Source: Macrostomum lignano (taxonomy: Eukaryota). Taken from it: a stretch of DNA of 64,000 nucleotides. The notes under the pieces were generated by a model that ran no database searches, was not told where the DNA came from, and saw only the letters and a program-made list of their open reading frames with translations. The translations under genes were made by a program, and so were the position numbers. The stretch spans positions 434,001 through 498,000 of the forward strand of contig NIVC01000024.1 in NCBI GenBank assembly GCA_002269645.1, in the 5' to 3' direction. Of the stretch, positions 50,268-61,819 are shown piece after piece; positions within the stretch are counted from its first letter, which is position 1; the number at the start of each line of letters is the position of its first letter.

Positions 50268-51955
50268 GGCGCCGCAGGCACCATTTTAGCGCCGCAGGCA
50301 CTCATTTTAGCGCAGCAGGCACTATTTTAGCGCCGCAGACACTCATTTTAGCGCAGCAGGCACCATTTTAGCGCCGCAGGCACTCATTTTAGCGCAGCAG
50401 GCACCATTTTAGCGCCGCAGGAATCCATTTTAGCGCCGCAGGCACTCATTTTAGCGCAGCAGGCACCATTTTAGCGCCGCAGGTACCCATTTTAGCGCAG
50501 CAGGCACCCATTTTAGCGCAGCAGGCACCCATTTTAGCGCAGCAGGCACCCATTTTAGCGCCGCAGGTACCCATTTTAGCGCAGCAGGCACCCATTTTAG
50601 CGCAGCAGGCACCCATTTTAGCGCAGCAGGCACCCATTTTAGCGCCGTAGGCACCATTTTAGCGCCGTAGGAACCCATTTTAGCGCCGTAGGCACCATTT
50701 TAGCGCCGCAGACACTCATTTTAGGGCCGCAGGCACTCATTTTAGCGCAGCAGGCACCATTTTAGCGCCGCAGGTACCCATTTTAGCGCAGCAGGCACCA
50801 TTTTAGCGCAGCAGGCACCCATTTTAGCGCCGTAGGCACCATTTTAGCGCCGTAGGCACCATTTTAGCGCCGTAGGAACCCATTTTAGCGCAGCAGGCAC
50901 CCATTTTAGCGCAGCAGGCACCCATTTTAGCGCAGCAGGCACCCATTTTAGCGCCGCAGGCACTCATTTTAGCGCCGTAGGCACCATTTTAGCGCCGTAG
51001 GAACCCATTTTAGCGCAGCAGGCACCCATTTTAGCGCAGCAGGCACCCATTTTAGCGCAGCAGGCACCATTTTAGCGCCGTAGGCACCAGTTTAGCGCCG
51101 TAGGCACCCATTTTAGCGCCGTAGGAACCCATTTTAGCGCCGTAGGCACCATTTTAGCGCCGTAGGAACCCATTTTAGCGCCGCAGGCACCCATTTTAGC
51201 GCAGCAGGCACTCATTTTAACGCCGCAGGTACCCATTTTACGCAGCAGGCACCATTTTAGCGCAGCAGGCACCATTTTAGCGCCGCAGACACTCATTTTA
51301 GCGCCGCAGGCACTCATTTTAGCGCCGTAGGCACCATTTTAGCGCCGCAGGAATCCATTTTAGCGCCGCAGACACTCATTTTAGCGCAGCAGGCACCATT
51401 TTAGCGCCGCAGGCACCATTTTAGCGCCGTAGGCACCATTTTAGCGCCGTAGGAACCCATTTTAGCGCCGTAGGCACCATTTTAGCGCCGTAGGAACCCA
51501 TTTTAGCGGAGCAGGCACCCATTTTAGCGCAGCAGGCACCCATTTTAGCGCAGCAGGCACCCATTTTAGCGCCGCAGGCACTCATTTTAGCGCCGTAGGC
51601 ACCATTTTAGCGCCGTAGGAACCCATTTTAGCGCAGCAGGCACCCATTTTAGCGCCGTAGGCACCATTTTAGCGCCGTAGGCACCCATTTTAGCGCAGCA
51701 GGCACCCATTTTAGCGCCGCAGGCACCCATTTTAGCGCCGCAGGCCCTCATTTAAGCGCCGCATGCACTCATTTTAGCGCCGCAGGCCCTCATTTAAGCG
51801 CCGCATGCACTCATTTTAGCGCCGTAGGCACCATTTTAGCGCCGCAGGCACCATTTTAGCGCCACAGGCCCTCATTTAAGCGCCGCATGCACTCATTTTA
51901 GCGCCGCATGCACCCATTTTAGCGCCGTAGGCACCATTTTAGCGCCGCAGGCACT
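50268..51955. repeat. Minisatellite, 20-21-bp unit (CCATTTTAGCGCCGCAGGCAC)
   Basis: About 80 units. Confidence 0.95.
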
Positions 51956-53722
51956 AAATTTTTTCGCCCTGAAGCAAAATTATTGATTTCCATAACAGGT
52001 CAACAAAGCATTCGCATTTCCTTCCCATAGCTCTTACGGGCCTTCGCCTATGTGAGAAGTGCATGCCTGAGTAAGAGTAAGAAAGATGATTCTTCACGCG
52101 CTCTGAGGTCACAGAAATGTGAATGTCTTATGAATCGGGGGTCACAGCTCCCTGAGAGCTCAACCATGAACTATAGGCTATAGCTCCAATGAGTCACGAA
52201 TTAAAAAAGCCATTTCCGTTCTGAAACCACCCGTCTGCCCATTATGAGGACTTTCTGGGAAATTCTCTCAGGCAGCCAGATGTTATCGACCTTGACTGGA
52301 AGTTGATTTTTACTGATATTTACCTTGGATTTAGATGGGGCGGAAAATTTCTGAACGAAAAGAATAACATTTTGCACTTTTAAGCCACAGAGCTCCAGCA
52401 GGAACGGGCACTGCCACAGGGAGACAGAGATATTTCGAACGCTGTGTATCAGCTAGAGGCCAAGCGTTGATGCTTGCAAGTGTGTAGCAATAAATGTGTG
52501 GCTGCCTGTGATGGTTGTTCCATTGGCTAAAGTGTCAGAGAACGATCTCCGCGGCCTCCCATGTTGAATTGCTGTATGGTATTGTTATATTGACGTGGCT
52601 GGCTAATTGACAAAATTTGCACTATTATGAAACACAACACTTTGGAGTGGATTTTCTACGAATTAATTACAGGGGTTGACACAACGACTACACGACAGTA
52701 AACACACTGCAAGCACTTACTGCTATCACCAGATGTCTGTTGGTTTACAGTGGCTAAACAGAAAGTAATTAATGCTTTTTAGGCTGGGTCCTCGAGCTCT
52801 CCATCCAGTGCAGTCGGTGCAGATATAAATGCAAAAATACACGGGAAAAGGGGCAGGAGGGAAACTGGGTTAGGCTTTGCATCCAATAGTGCACTAAACT
52901 GTGCTTTCCCTATTGGCTAAGCTAGGAAAAAGCTAATTGGACGAATTCAATCTAACTCAAGTCTGTAGAACAGAAAAAATGTGTCGCTTAATGAGCCTTA
53001 CTGATTTGTGACGGAATTAGTATAACGACACAAGCATTATAATGTTTTCTTAGCATCAAATCCACAGATTTTTTTGTTCAAGCAAATAAACCCGGAACTA
53101 CAGAGTCTGAGACTCTACAGTCTTGTCTGAGACATGCCAGAGTCGCTGTAAAATCACTGAGTTGCGCCTAAAGCGCATTTGCATCACTTTATGTATTTGA
53201 ATCACATTTTACATTTAGTCTACTTGAATTTTAGAAAGTTATTAAACCGCTAACAACACCACCACTCTTAAACGACTTTCTCGTGACTCTTACGATTCTG
53301 CAACCCACGTGATGCGCTCGCGCCTCAACAGTCGCCTCTCCACCGCATTGCAGTCGTTTGAGTCGTTAAAAAGTCACGAGTGAGTTGTTGGCGATAGCGA
53401 TTTTTGTCACGGTACAACGTTTCTAACGGGAAAGACTTGCATACGGTATAGATTATTCTACGACCAAATATGCAATAAGTACTGTAAATATTGAACCACT
53501 TAATCCAGAAAAATCAAACTGACTCCAAGAACCGATTTGCTTTGCACCGAACAGAACGGCTAATACGGATGGAGTGCCAGCACTGTGTAAGCACCAACTT
53601 ATATTATTATATTTACTTAGACACAAACGTCAGCTGTAACAGATTTAATAGGCCACAACCATGTCAAACCATTACACAGACGCGAAATCAGTGCAGTGGC
53701 CTTGACTCCCAACGGATCCAAG

Positions 53723-56700
53723 TTAGTTGTTGAGAAGCTGGAAGAGGAGGTAAACGAGACAATTTTACTTATTTTAGAACCGTTTGTCACTTTTAGTATA
53801 CTCGTACAAAATAAAAGCTACGAGCTAGGTGAGAGAGTATATGAACTCACGTCGCGGATTCTGTCGATATTCTGCTGCAGGCGGTCCCTCAGAGGTCCCT
53901 CGGGCAGCCTCTCAAGAGCCTGCTCAAGACGCTCGAGAATACGCTCAAGAAAGTCGACGCGGTCGGACTCGCCGAAGTTGAAAGCGGCGTCCTGCAGGTC
54001 GGTCAGCTTGCGGCGCAGGTACTCCAGAGCCTTGTTCAGGTAGGCGCGCAGCCTCGAGTCCTCGGGCAGCTTGGCGATGGCGTCCTCCAGACGGGCGATG
54101 GCCCGCTCCAGCATCTCGATGGCCTTCTCGCGCCAGTCGGACACGGACAGGCTGCTGCTCTCGAGACGCTCCTTCAGGCGGTCGATGCGCTCGCGTACCT
54201 CAGACTGGATGGGCTCCGGCAGCCGACTGACCAGCCTCTCGAGCATGTCTGAGTTCAGGAACCTGAGCAGGGCTTCGTTGCCCTCCTCCTTGTACTTGTT
54301 GATGAGACGGCGGATCCTGTCGAGCAGCTCGCGGACCCTGTCGGTCACCACGATGGCGTCTTCTTCGGGGCGCAGGGAGTTCAGCAGCTGCCAAGGGTTG
54401 AGTTGGTTCGGAACTTTTGGATTTGGATAGCAGACGATGCTGTGTAGGTCTAGCAGTAATGGGGTGTGAATCACACGACAACCCCTGGCCAATTTTCATG
54501 CACAAGCCCTAGCTGAATGTGGCCGAGCACGGAGTCTAACCAAGGTACTTTAGCGCGATTGAGACGCGTTAACAGCAGAGCTACTCCGAGCCCTTCACAT
54601 CAGGCAAATTTGCGACTCATACTAGCCTATCTTTAGCTTAGGTTTAGCTCATCGTGTCTGCAAAATTTAATCTAGGGAGAGCTGCTAATCTGGGGGTGAG
54701 TATTAAAAATCTGGATGAGTGGTGCTAATCTAAGTGGGAGTAGTACTATAAGCTGGGTGGGAGTGGTGCTAATCAGAATGGGAGTGGTGCAAATCTGATG
54801 GTAGTCGCGTCAGATTTATCGCGGAATGATTGCAAAATTTAGTATTTCTTGGAGATGAGTGAAATTTGCTCAGGGACTGTGCAAAACTGCTTATATACAA
54901 GCGCTAAACTGTTAGGGAGCCACTCGGAGGGGGGGGGGCAAAATGGCTAGTCCTATGTACTAAAAATGGTTGTGTCCGTAGGTAGGTACGTGATTGATTT
55001 TTCAAAAAAAATGAATCAACCGCTTTTCGCGAGACTTGCACCGTTAGATAAGAAAATATCTGGTGACGGTACACGTGTCGTGGCTAAGAATTTGCTCGTC
55101 ATAAGCTCGTACCAGTATAATAAATATTGTGAATCTGAAATCCACTATACCAAAAATATAATCTAAATTTGAATCCCAACGCATAAAAATAGCAATTTGA
55201 AGCATATAAACAATTACAAAATCGTTGACTAGTAAATTAGAGAGTAACCTTTAAGGCTCAGAAACAGTTAGGAAGCTGTACGAGCGTAATTAGTAAAACC
55301 GATGAGGCAATAAGGATGCAATAAGATTATAATGTAAGAACCAAAGAGATCATACTAACAGACAAAAATAACTATATGGCAGGCTACAAAAAGAGGAAGA
55401 AACATTAACTATAAACTCACATCGCGGATCCTGTCGATGTTCTGCTGCAGACGGTCCCTCAGAGGTCCCTCGGGCAGCCTCTCCAGAGCCTGCTCAAGAC
55501 GCTCGAGAATACCCTCAAGAAAGTCGACGCGGTCGGACTCGCCGAAGTTGAAAGCGGCGTCCTGCAGGTCGGTCAGCTTGCGGCGCAGGTACTCCAGAGC
55601 CTTGTTCAGGTAGGCGCGCAGCCTCGATTCCTCGGGCAGCTTGGCGATGGCGTCCTCCAGACGGGCGATGGCCCGCTCCAGCATCTCGATGGCCTTCTCG
55701 CGCCAGTCGGACACGGACAGGCTGCTGCTCTCGAGACGCTCCTTCAGGCGGTCGATGCGCTCGCGTACCTCAGACTGGATGGGCTCCGGCAGCCGGCTGA
55801 CCAGCCTCTCGAGCATGTCTGAGTTCAGGAACCTGAGCAGGGCTTCGTTGCCCTCCTCCTTGTACTTGTTGATGAGACGGCGGATCCTGTTGAGCAGCTC
55901 GCGGACCCTGTCGGTCACCACGATGGCGTCTTCTTCGGGGCGCAGGGAGTTCAGCAGCTGCCATGGGTTGAGGTGTTTCGGAACTATGTACATGTCTGTG
56001 GTTCAGCAACTGCATGGCATGTATCTCGATTTCCTAGGGTTTACAGATTAAGGTGTGTTTGTGTGGTCGTGCTTTGTTTTTTTTCAAAATACGAGTATTA
56101 GCTAGCTTGCGACCCAACGATGTTTTGACGAATGTAGAGCTCTGTTTTTATTGCGTGCACAGGGCCGGTCATGCAAGGCCTCAAGCAAAGTTTTGGTCGT
56201 CTAAGAGATGAGACTTATAATCAGCTTGGCTACAGAATGCTGTGCGCGATGTTGCTCTGTGGTGGCAACGCAATTCTCGGGAGCTGTTTGTGACTCCTAA
56301 AGGTGGACTTTGAGCTGCTCCGTGCAGTGAATTCACTAGACAAGAAGTTTGGAACCGCAACACGCATCAGGACAGACCATCTTGGTTATCTACGATCTCA
56401 GTTTTGATGCTATAATTTTCCACCAATGATTCCAGACCTCCAAGCATGAAAATCCATGCACACATGATGGCTTCGGTAACCTACGACTGCATGCGCGAAT
56501 CCAAAGGAAACAGGGCTTTTTCAGAAAAACACATAAACAGACAAAAAGTAGGTACGATTGGAACAATAGGCAACTCACATCGCGGATTCTGTCGATGTTC
56601 TGCTGCAAACGGTCCCTCAGAGGTCCCTCGGGCAGCCTCTCCAGAGCCTGCTCAAGACGCTCGAGAATACGCTCAAGAAAGTCGACGCGGTCAGACTCGC

Positions 56701-56965
56701 CGAAGTTGAAAGCGGCGTCCTGCAGGTCGGTCAGCTTGCGGCGCAGGTACTCCAGAGCCTTGTTCAGGTAGGCGCGCAGCCTCGAGTCCTCGGGCAGCTT
56801 GGCGATGGCGTCCTCCAGACGGGCGATGGCCCGCTCCAGCATCTCGATGGCCTTCTCGCGCCAGTCGGACACATCAAGCTCCTGGGCTGGCAGGGCCTTG
56901 GCGTCGGTGAAAGCGATGGGAGCCGCGACAGCGGCTACGGCGATCAGCACCCACAGTAGCTTCAT
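53723..56965 (-). CDS. Secreted, Cys-free alpha-helical repeat protein (~491 aa) built from duplicated exons; function unknown
   Basis: Signal peptide MKLLWVLIAVAAVAAPIAFTDA. Exons 56965-56579, 55957-55421, 54387-53851 and 53737-53723, all phase 0, donors gtgagt. Exons 2 and 3 are both 537 nt and nearly identical; the last exon reads LLNN*. Confidence 0.82.
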
Positions 56966-58561
56966 GGTTCTACAAGTCGCGGTTTCGGTTTGAAAGCAAT
57001 TCGTCGAATAAATATAAAAGCCGACAGAAGCAGCAATGCACGAGTTTATTGATGAGACTTACCGTTAAGCGTAGTCTTGTATACCGTAATCAATGACAGA
57101 AATATCGACAAAGCGGCTGCTGACTTATTTATAGTAATAGTCGCAGCAACACGTGCTGATCGAACGCTTGCCATTGAATCTTATCGTCCAATGGGGTCAT
57201 GCAACGTCAGCCGTGTAACCCCGTCAGCTTGCCAATTGTCAATACCAGACTGAAAATTCGTTTCTACAAAGTTTCGCACCCTGCTACGACCAGTTTAAGG
57301 CGGTTTCTCATTCTCACATACTGTCACTTCGTGACAAAACTTGCTGACTACATGGGCTGATTTCATAACGTGATTTTTTCTGCTTTTTTTGTTGACTGTT
57401 GAACAGCGATATGGGCGCTTGTATGCGTGGGTGCAGGCAAAGAAAACAATTTCAATATTTCCCAAGCGAATGAGCCTGTCTTTGATATATGCGTAGCACG
57501 CAGTGAAGAAAAGACTCGAACTCTACCACTACGGGATCTACGAACTAGTCCAATAAGGAATATCACGAGTCAATTCCAACTGGCAAAGCTTAGAGTTTAT
57601 AGATTCAATTAAGTATATCCATGCCTTATAAGGGTAAAGACTGCTTAAAGAGAAATTAAAAGAGCCCTTGATCAAGTCAAATGGTCGTAAAAGAGAGACA
57701 AGAGCAAAAGACAGACCAGCTCAGTGGGAAAACGCGTCCGACTTTCCGTTTGTGTCGACATCAAATTGACGGCCAAAACCTCAGGGCACAGGGCGTGTAC
57801 GTATCAGTCTTAATCTGTAAAGTTCCAGAAAGGCTCATATACAATACTATTGAAATATCTCAGATGGAATCACTTGCAGACGATAGACAGCATAGTTCGA
57901 TAATACAAGGAACGTATCAAATTAATCTTTTATCTTTGGCGCAGCTGTTGCCAGTGTCTGTAACAGTAGGAATACATTTTCCGTCCGTCGAACTACCAGG
58001 AGTAGAAATTCCATAGGGACTCTCCCTAGGGAGCAACGCAGGCCAACAAAATTTAAGAACACAGTCTAACTTTTTGTGGCACACCTCAAAAAATAAATAG
58101 TTCGCTAGCCCTCCATACAGTCGAGATATTCAACGATTCTGCCAGGTCAGATTTTTTCCAAAAGCTCCAGTGTATTCAATGCACCCCTGTGCACCAATCA
58201 GCACTGCGCCTCAGTGCAGCCTTGCGAAGCCTCCAAATTTCATCAGCACGTCGACCACATGTTTGTGTATCAAGTCACTGGCCTTCTTCACCCAGACCGA
58301 GCTTCGGGACCTTCAACAGATAGCACCGAGTGACTATGGACACTCTATTGCGAATTTCTCTAATCAAGCCTCGACAGTGGGCAAGCCTTACTGCTGATCA
58401 TTCTCGATTAGTCTCTCAAGCATTCAGACGTCATCCAGACGCCGTCACTTCCTTCAACGGGTGACACCAGGTGACTATGGACTACCGATTGCGAGTTTCT
58501 CTAGTTTCGCTGATCAAGCCTCATCAGTGGGCAAACCTCAAATGCTGGACATCCTCAGCTA

Positions 58562-59224
58562 CGAGGGGTGTCCGGAAAGTTCTGACACTTTTAATCCCAG
58601 AGCAAAACAGTAGCAGCTGCAAGCACAACTTTTGGTGTCATTTTAAAGCGGCACGTCTCTTCTTTACAATCAATTCAGTCGCGTGTACTTTGGTTATTTC
58701 ATTCAAAAGTTGTGTTTAAAGCCATCGAGAAGCCACCGATAGTCGTACAGAAAAGTTTAGAAATATAAAAAGCTATGTTTTGTCCTCAAAAAAACGAATT
58801 GTAGTCATTCATCACCATCATCAACCTTCAAGGCAGCCTTCTCAACATAGTCTCCACCTGTAGCAACACACTTTTTCCATCGCTTGAGCATTCCGTGCCT
58901 TACCTAACACAGAAGGGGTGGGCGGTAAGAGGGATGCACTGTACATTAGAACCGTTCTGTGTACGCTGGTATACTTGCGTGCTGCAAACAAGGTCAAGAA
59001 AAAAACTAAGTTATGTACTTCACATTTTACTGTAAGACTATCAGAGGCATTTCGATGGTTTTTCACACATAACTTTTGAATGAAGAAAATGACCAAAACA
59101 TACGCGACTGAAGTCATTGGAAAGAAGACATGTGCCGTTTTAAAATGACACCAAAAGTTTTGCTTTCAGCTGCTACTGTTTTTGCTCTGGATCAAAAGTG
59201 TCAGAACTTTCCGGACATCCCTCG
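58562..59224. mobile_element. Non-autonomous Tc1/mariner-type element (MITE) with TA target duplication and long inverted ends
   Basis: TA|CGAGGGGTGTCCGGAAAGTTCTGACACTTTT ... AAAAGTGTCAGAACTTTCCGGACATCCCTCG|TA; imperfect inverted similarity continues for well over 100 bp inward. Confidence 0.85.
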
Positions 59225-59673
59225 TAGTTTCTCAAGCATTCGGTCGTTATCCAGACGCCGTTGGCACCGTCAACTCAATAAACGGCACGAAGCGACTGTG
59301 GACACGGTCCGGAGGGCTGGCGACTTGATTCGTGTTTCAGAAGGTGCGCAGAAAAAATTATCTAAGGGAACCCCCCCCCCTGGTAGTTCTACTGTTAAAA
59401 CTCGCAGACTGTGAAAAAGAAAAAAAAAACAATTAAAATTTGTTGGATAATTTCTTTGCATTTTCGCAACAAATTGACAAGCAGCAATGCAATGAAGTAA
59501 ATTTTATTTTAGAGTACAATCAGTTTGAATAGTTACGCAATAAAAATGCTACAGAACAAGCAGGTTAACTACTGAAGATGGATAGTGTTTCATCAAAGCA
59601 GTGATTTTTTGCAAACTGTTGTTACATTTCATTAGCTACGAATGTTTGATACTCTCGAAGTCCCGGATTCAGT

Positions 59674-60270
59674 TCAAGCATCCTTAGGCCTATCGGACAG
59701 CTGTCGCCGGTCCAAAATATGATTCTCTGGCAGTTCAAACAGTCTTGGAACCTCATCTAGCTCCTGTTTAGAATACTCGTCCAAGCGTTTGGGCACAGGT
59801 AGCACCTGTTCAATGACGCCAGTAATGTTGTTTAGCAGGTTCTTGTTGACGGTGTCCAAGCCGTCCGGATGCAAGAACGCCCTGGCCAGAGCGATAGGCC
59901 GCTCCCTGAGTTTGCTAGGCATCGTAGCTCGAATCTCGGACTTCATAACCAGAGTCGGATCTCGGCAGTGCATCTCGCGCATAGTCTCCTCACGTCTAAA
60001 CGAAGGAAACCGAGTATGCTGCGTGTACAGCAGCCTGTCCCAGAACCGGCTGTTGTCTTTAGCGGCAATGTGTCGAGTATTGATAACCACAACAAAATCG
60101 CCAACTTCAGTTAGATCCGGAGCGCTGATTGGTTTGTGCAGTCCGCGTAAATAGCGAGAGATTCGCTCGGCAGACAGCATTGGGCACTGCTTGTAGCAGT
60201 CGTATAACCAATATTGCCGGGCAAATGTGGCCCATTGAAGGGCTCGCCAGTGAGGATGTGCGGGCAGCAT
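59674..60270 (-). CDS. MRPL13: Mitochondrial ribosomal protein L13 (uL13m), intronless, 198 aa
   Basis: QWATFARQYWLYD...LRGLHKP...GDFVVVINTRHIA...HT.FP...RDPT...AFLHPD...VPKRLDEYS match the uL13m family. Confidence 0.93.
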   Translation of the reverse strand: MLPAHPHWRALQWATFARQYWLYDCYKQCPMLSAERISRYLRGLHKPISAPDLTEVGDFVVVINTRHIAAKDNSRFWDRLLYTQHTRFPSFRREETMREMHCRDPTLVMKSEIRATMPSKLRERPIALARAFLHPDGLDTVNKNLLNNITGVIEQVLPVPKRLDEYSKQELDEVPRLFELPENHILDRRQLSDRPKDA

Positions 60271-60484
60271 AAATTTCAGTCAGTTCGTAGTTTGTCTTTT
60301 AGATAATTTAATGAACTTTTTGGTTGGGCGTTGCTAGCACTTCGGGTTTATTGTGCTGAACGCTTTTTGGAGTTGGGTTTTTTTAGGTTTGTCATCAGCC
60401 CCCCCCCCCCCCTGAAGAGAGGAGACGAGAGGAGGAACCTTCCCTCTTCTTCTCTCTCCTTTCGAGGAGAGACGAAAGGACAAG

Positions 60485-61320
60485 GGAAGGGAGGGAAGAG
60501 AAGGGAGTGGAGAGAAGGGGAGAGGAGGGAGTAGAGAGGTGGGAGAGGAAGAAGAAAACAAGAGGGTAAAGAATGGAGAAGAGAGAAGAGAGTGGAGAAG
60601 ATTGGATAGAAAGGAGTGGAGAGGAGGGAGAGAAAGGAAAGGAGAGGAGGGGAAATGACGGAGAGAAGAGGAGGGAAGAGAAGGGAGGGGAGAGAAGGGA
60701 GGCGAGAGGAGGGAGAGAAGGGAGTGGAGAGGAGGGAGGCGAGAGGAGGGAGAGAAGGGAGTGGAGAGAAGGGAGGCGAGAGGGGGGAGAGAAGGGAGTG
60801 GAGAGGAGGGAGAGGAAGAAGAAAACAGGAGGGTACAGAATGGAGAAGAGAGAAGAGAGAAAGGGGAGAGAAGGGGAGAAGGGAGGGCAGAGAAGGGAGG
60901 CGAGAGGAGGGAGTGGAGAGGAGGGAAGAGAAGGGAGGGGAGAGAAGGGGAGAAGGGAGGGGAGAGAAGAGGGGAGAGAAGGGGAGAGAAAGGAAGGGAG
61001 AGGAGGGGAGAGAAGGGAGGGGAGATGAGGGAGAGGAGAGGAGGGAAGAGAAGTGAGGGGAGAGAAGGGGAGAAGAGAGAAGAGAGAAGAGGGGAGAGAA
61101 GGGGAGAAGGGAGGGGAGAGAAGGGAGGGGAGATGAGGGAGAGGAGAGGAGGGAAGAGAAGTGAGGGGAGAGAAGGGGAGAAGAGAAGAGAGAAGAGGGG
61201 AGAGAAGGGGAGAAGAGAAGAGAGAAGAGGGGAGAGAAGGGGAGAAGGGAGGGGAGAGAAGGGAGGCGAGAGGAGGGAGTGGAGAGGAGGGAAGAGAAGG
61301 GAGAAGAGAGAAGGGAAGGC
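60485..61320. repeat. GA-rich low-complexity satellite
   Basis: Near purine-only tract. Confidence 0.93.
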
Positions 61321-61819
61321 AAGGGACTACTAGGTTGAGCAGGCCGGATTGCTATTGTGAAATTTTAAAGGACCCGAGGACCGGGTAGAGAGGCTTGGCA
61401 GATCCGCATGTGGCGCGCGGGCCGGATAGTAAGCTCAAAATAGCAGCCTGTTTCTGTATTTCTTTTTTTACTCAATCTAAGTTAGATCAAAACAGGTAAA
61501 TTAAATAACAGACTAAGCAGAATTGCATATTCGATCAGCAACTGCAAAAATCACTTATTAATTCTGAATAATATTCAATACAAAGAGGCAGATACGAATA
61601 AGGATTGCAAAGTTACAAAAAGCATTAATAACAAGGCATGCAATGATTTACAATCGAATACTTATTTATTAGACAAAATACCTGCAAATTGTTACGACAT
61701 AAAAATTCAATACGCCACCCGCATAAGCAGGAAATCTCTATGGGCATGTACGGCATTTTTGTACATGCACTCTATGGATTCTTCATGGCAAAGAATAATT
61801 GGCTATGCGCAACAAACAA

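Noticed and set aside
57009-57020. TATA-like sequence upstream of the secreted-protein gene
   Set aside because: The best match (TATAAAAG) is on the opposite strand; too weak to call.
60412-60480. CTGAAGA...GAAA hammerhead-like strings here and near 59573
   Set aside because: Stems I-III cannot be formed.
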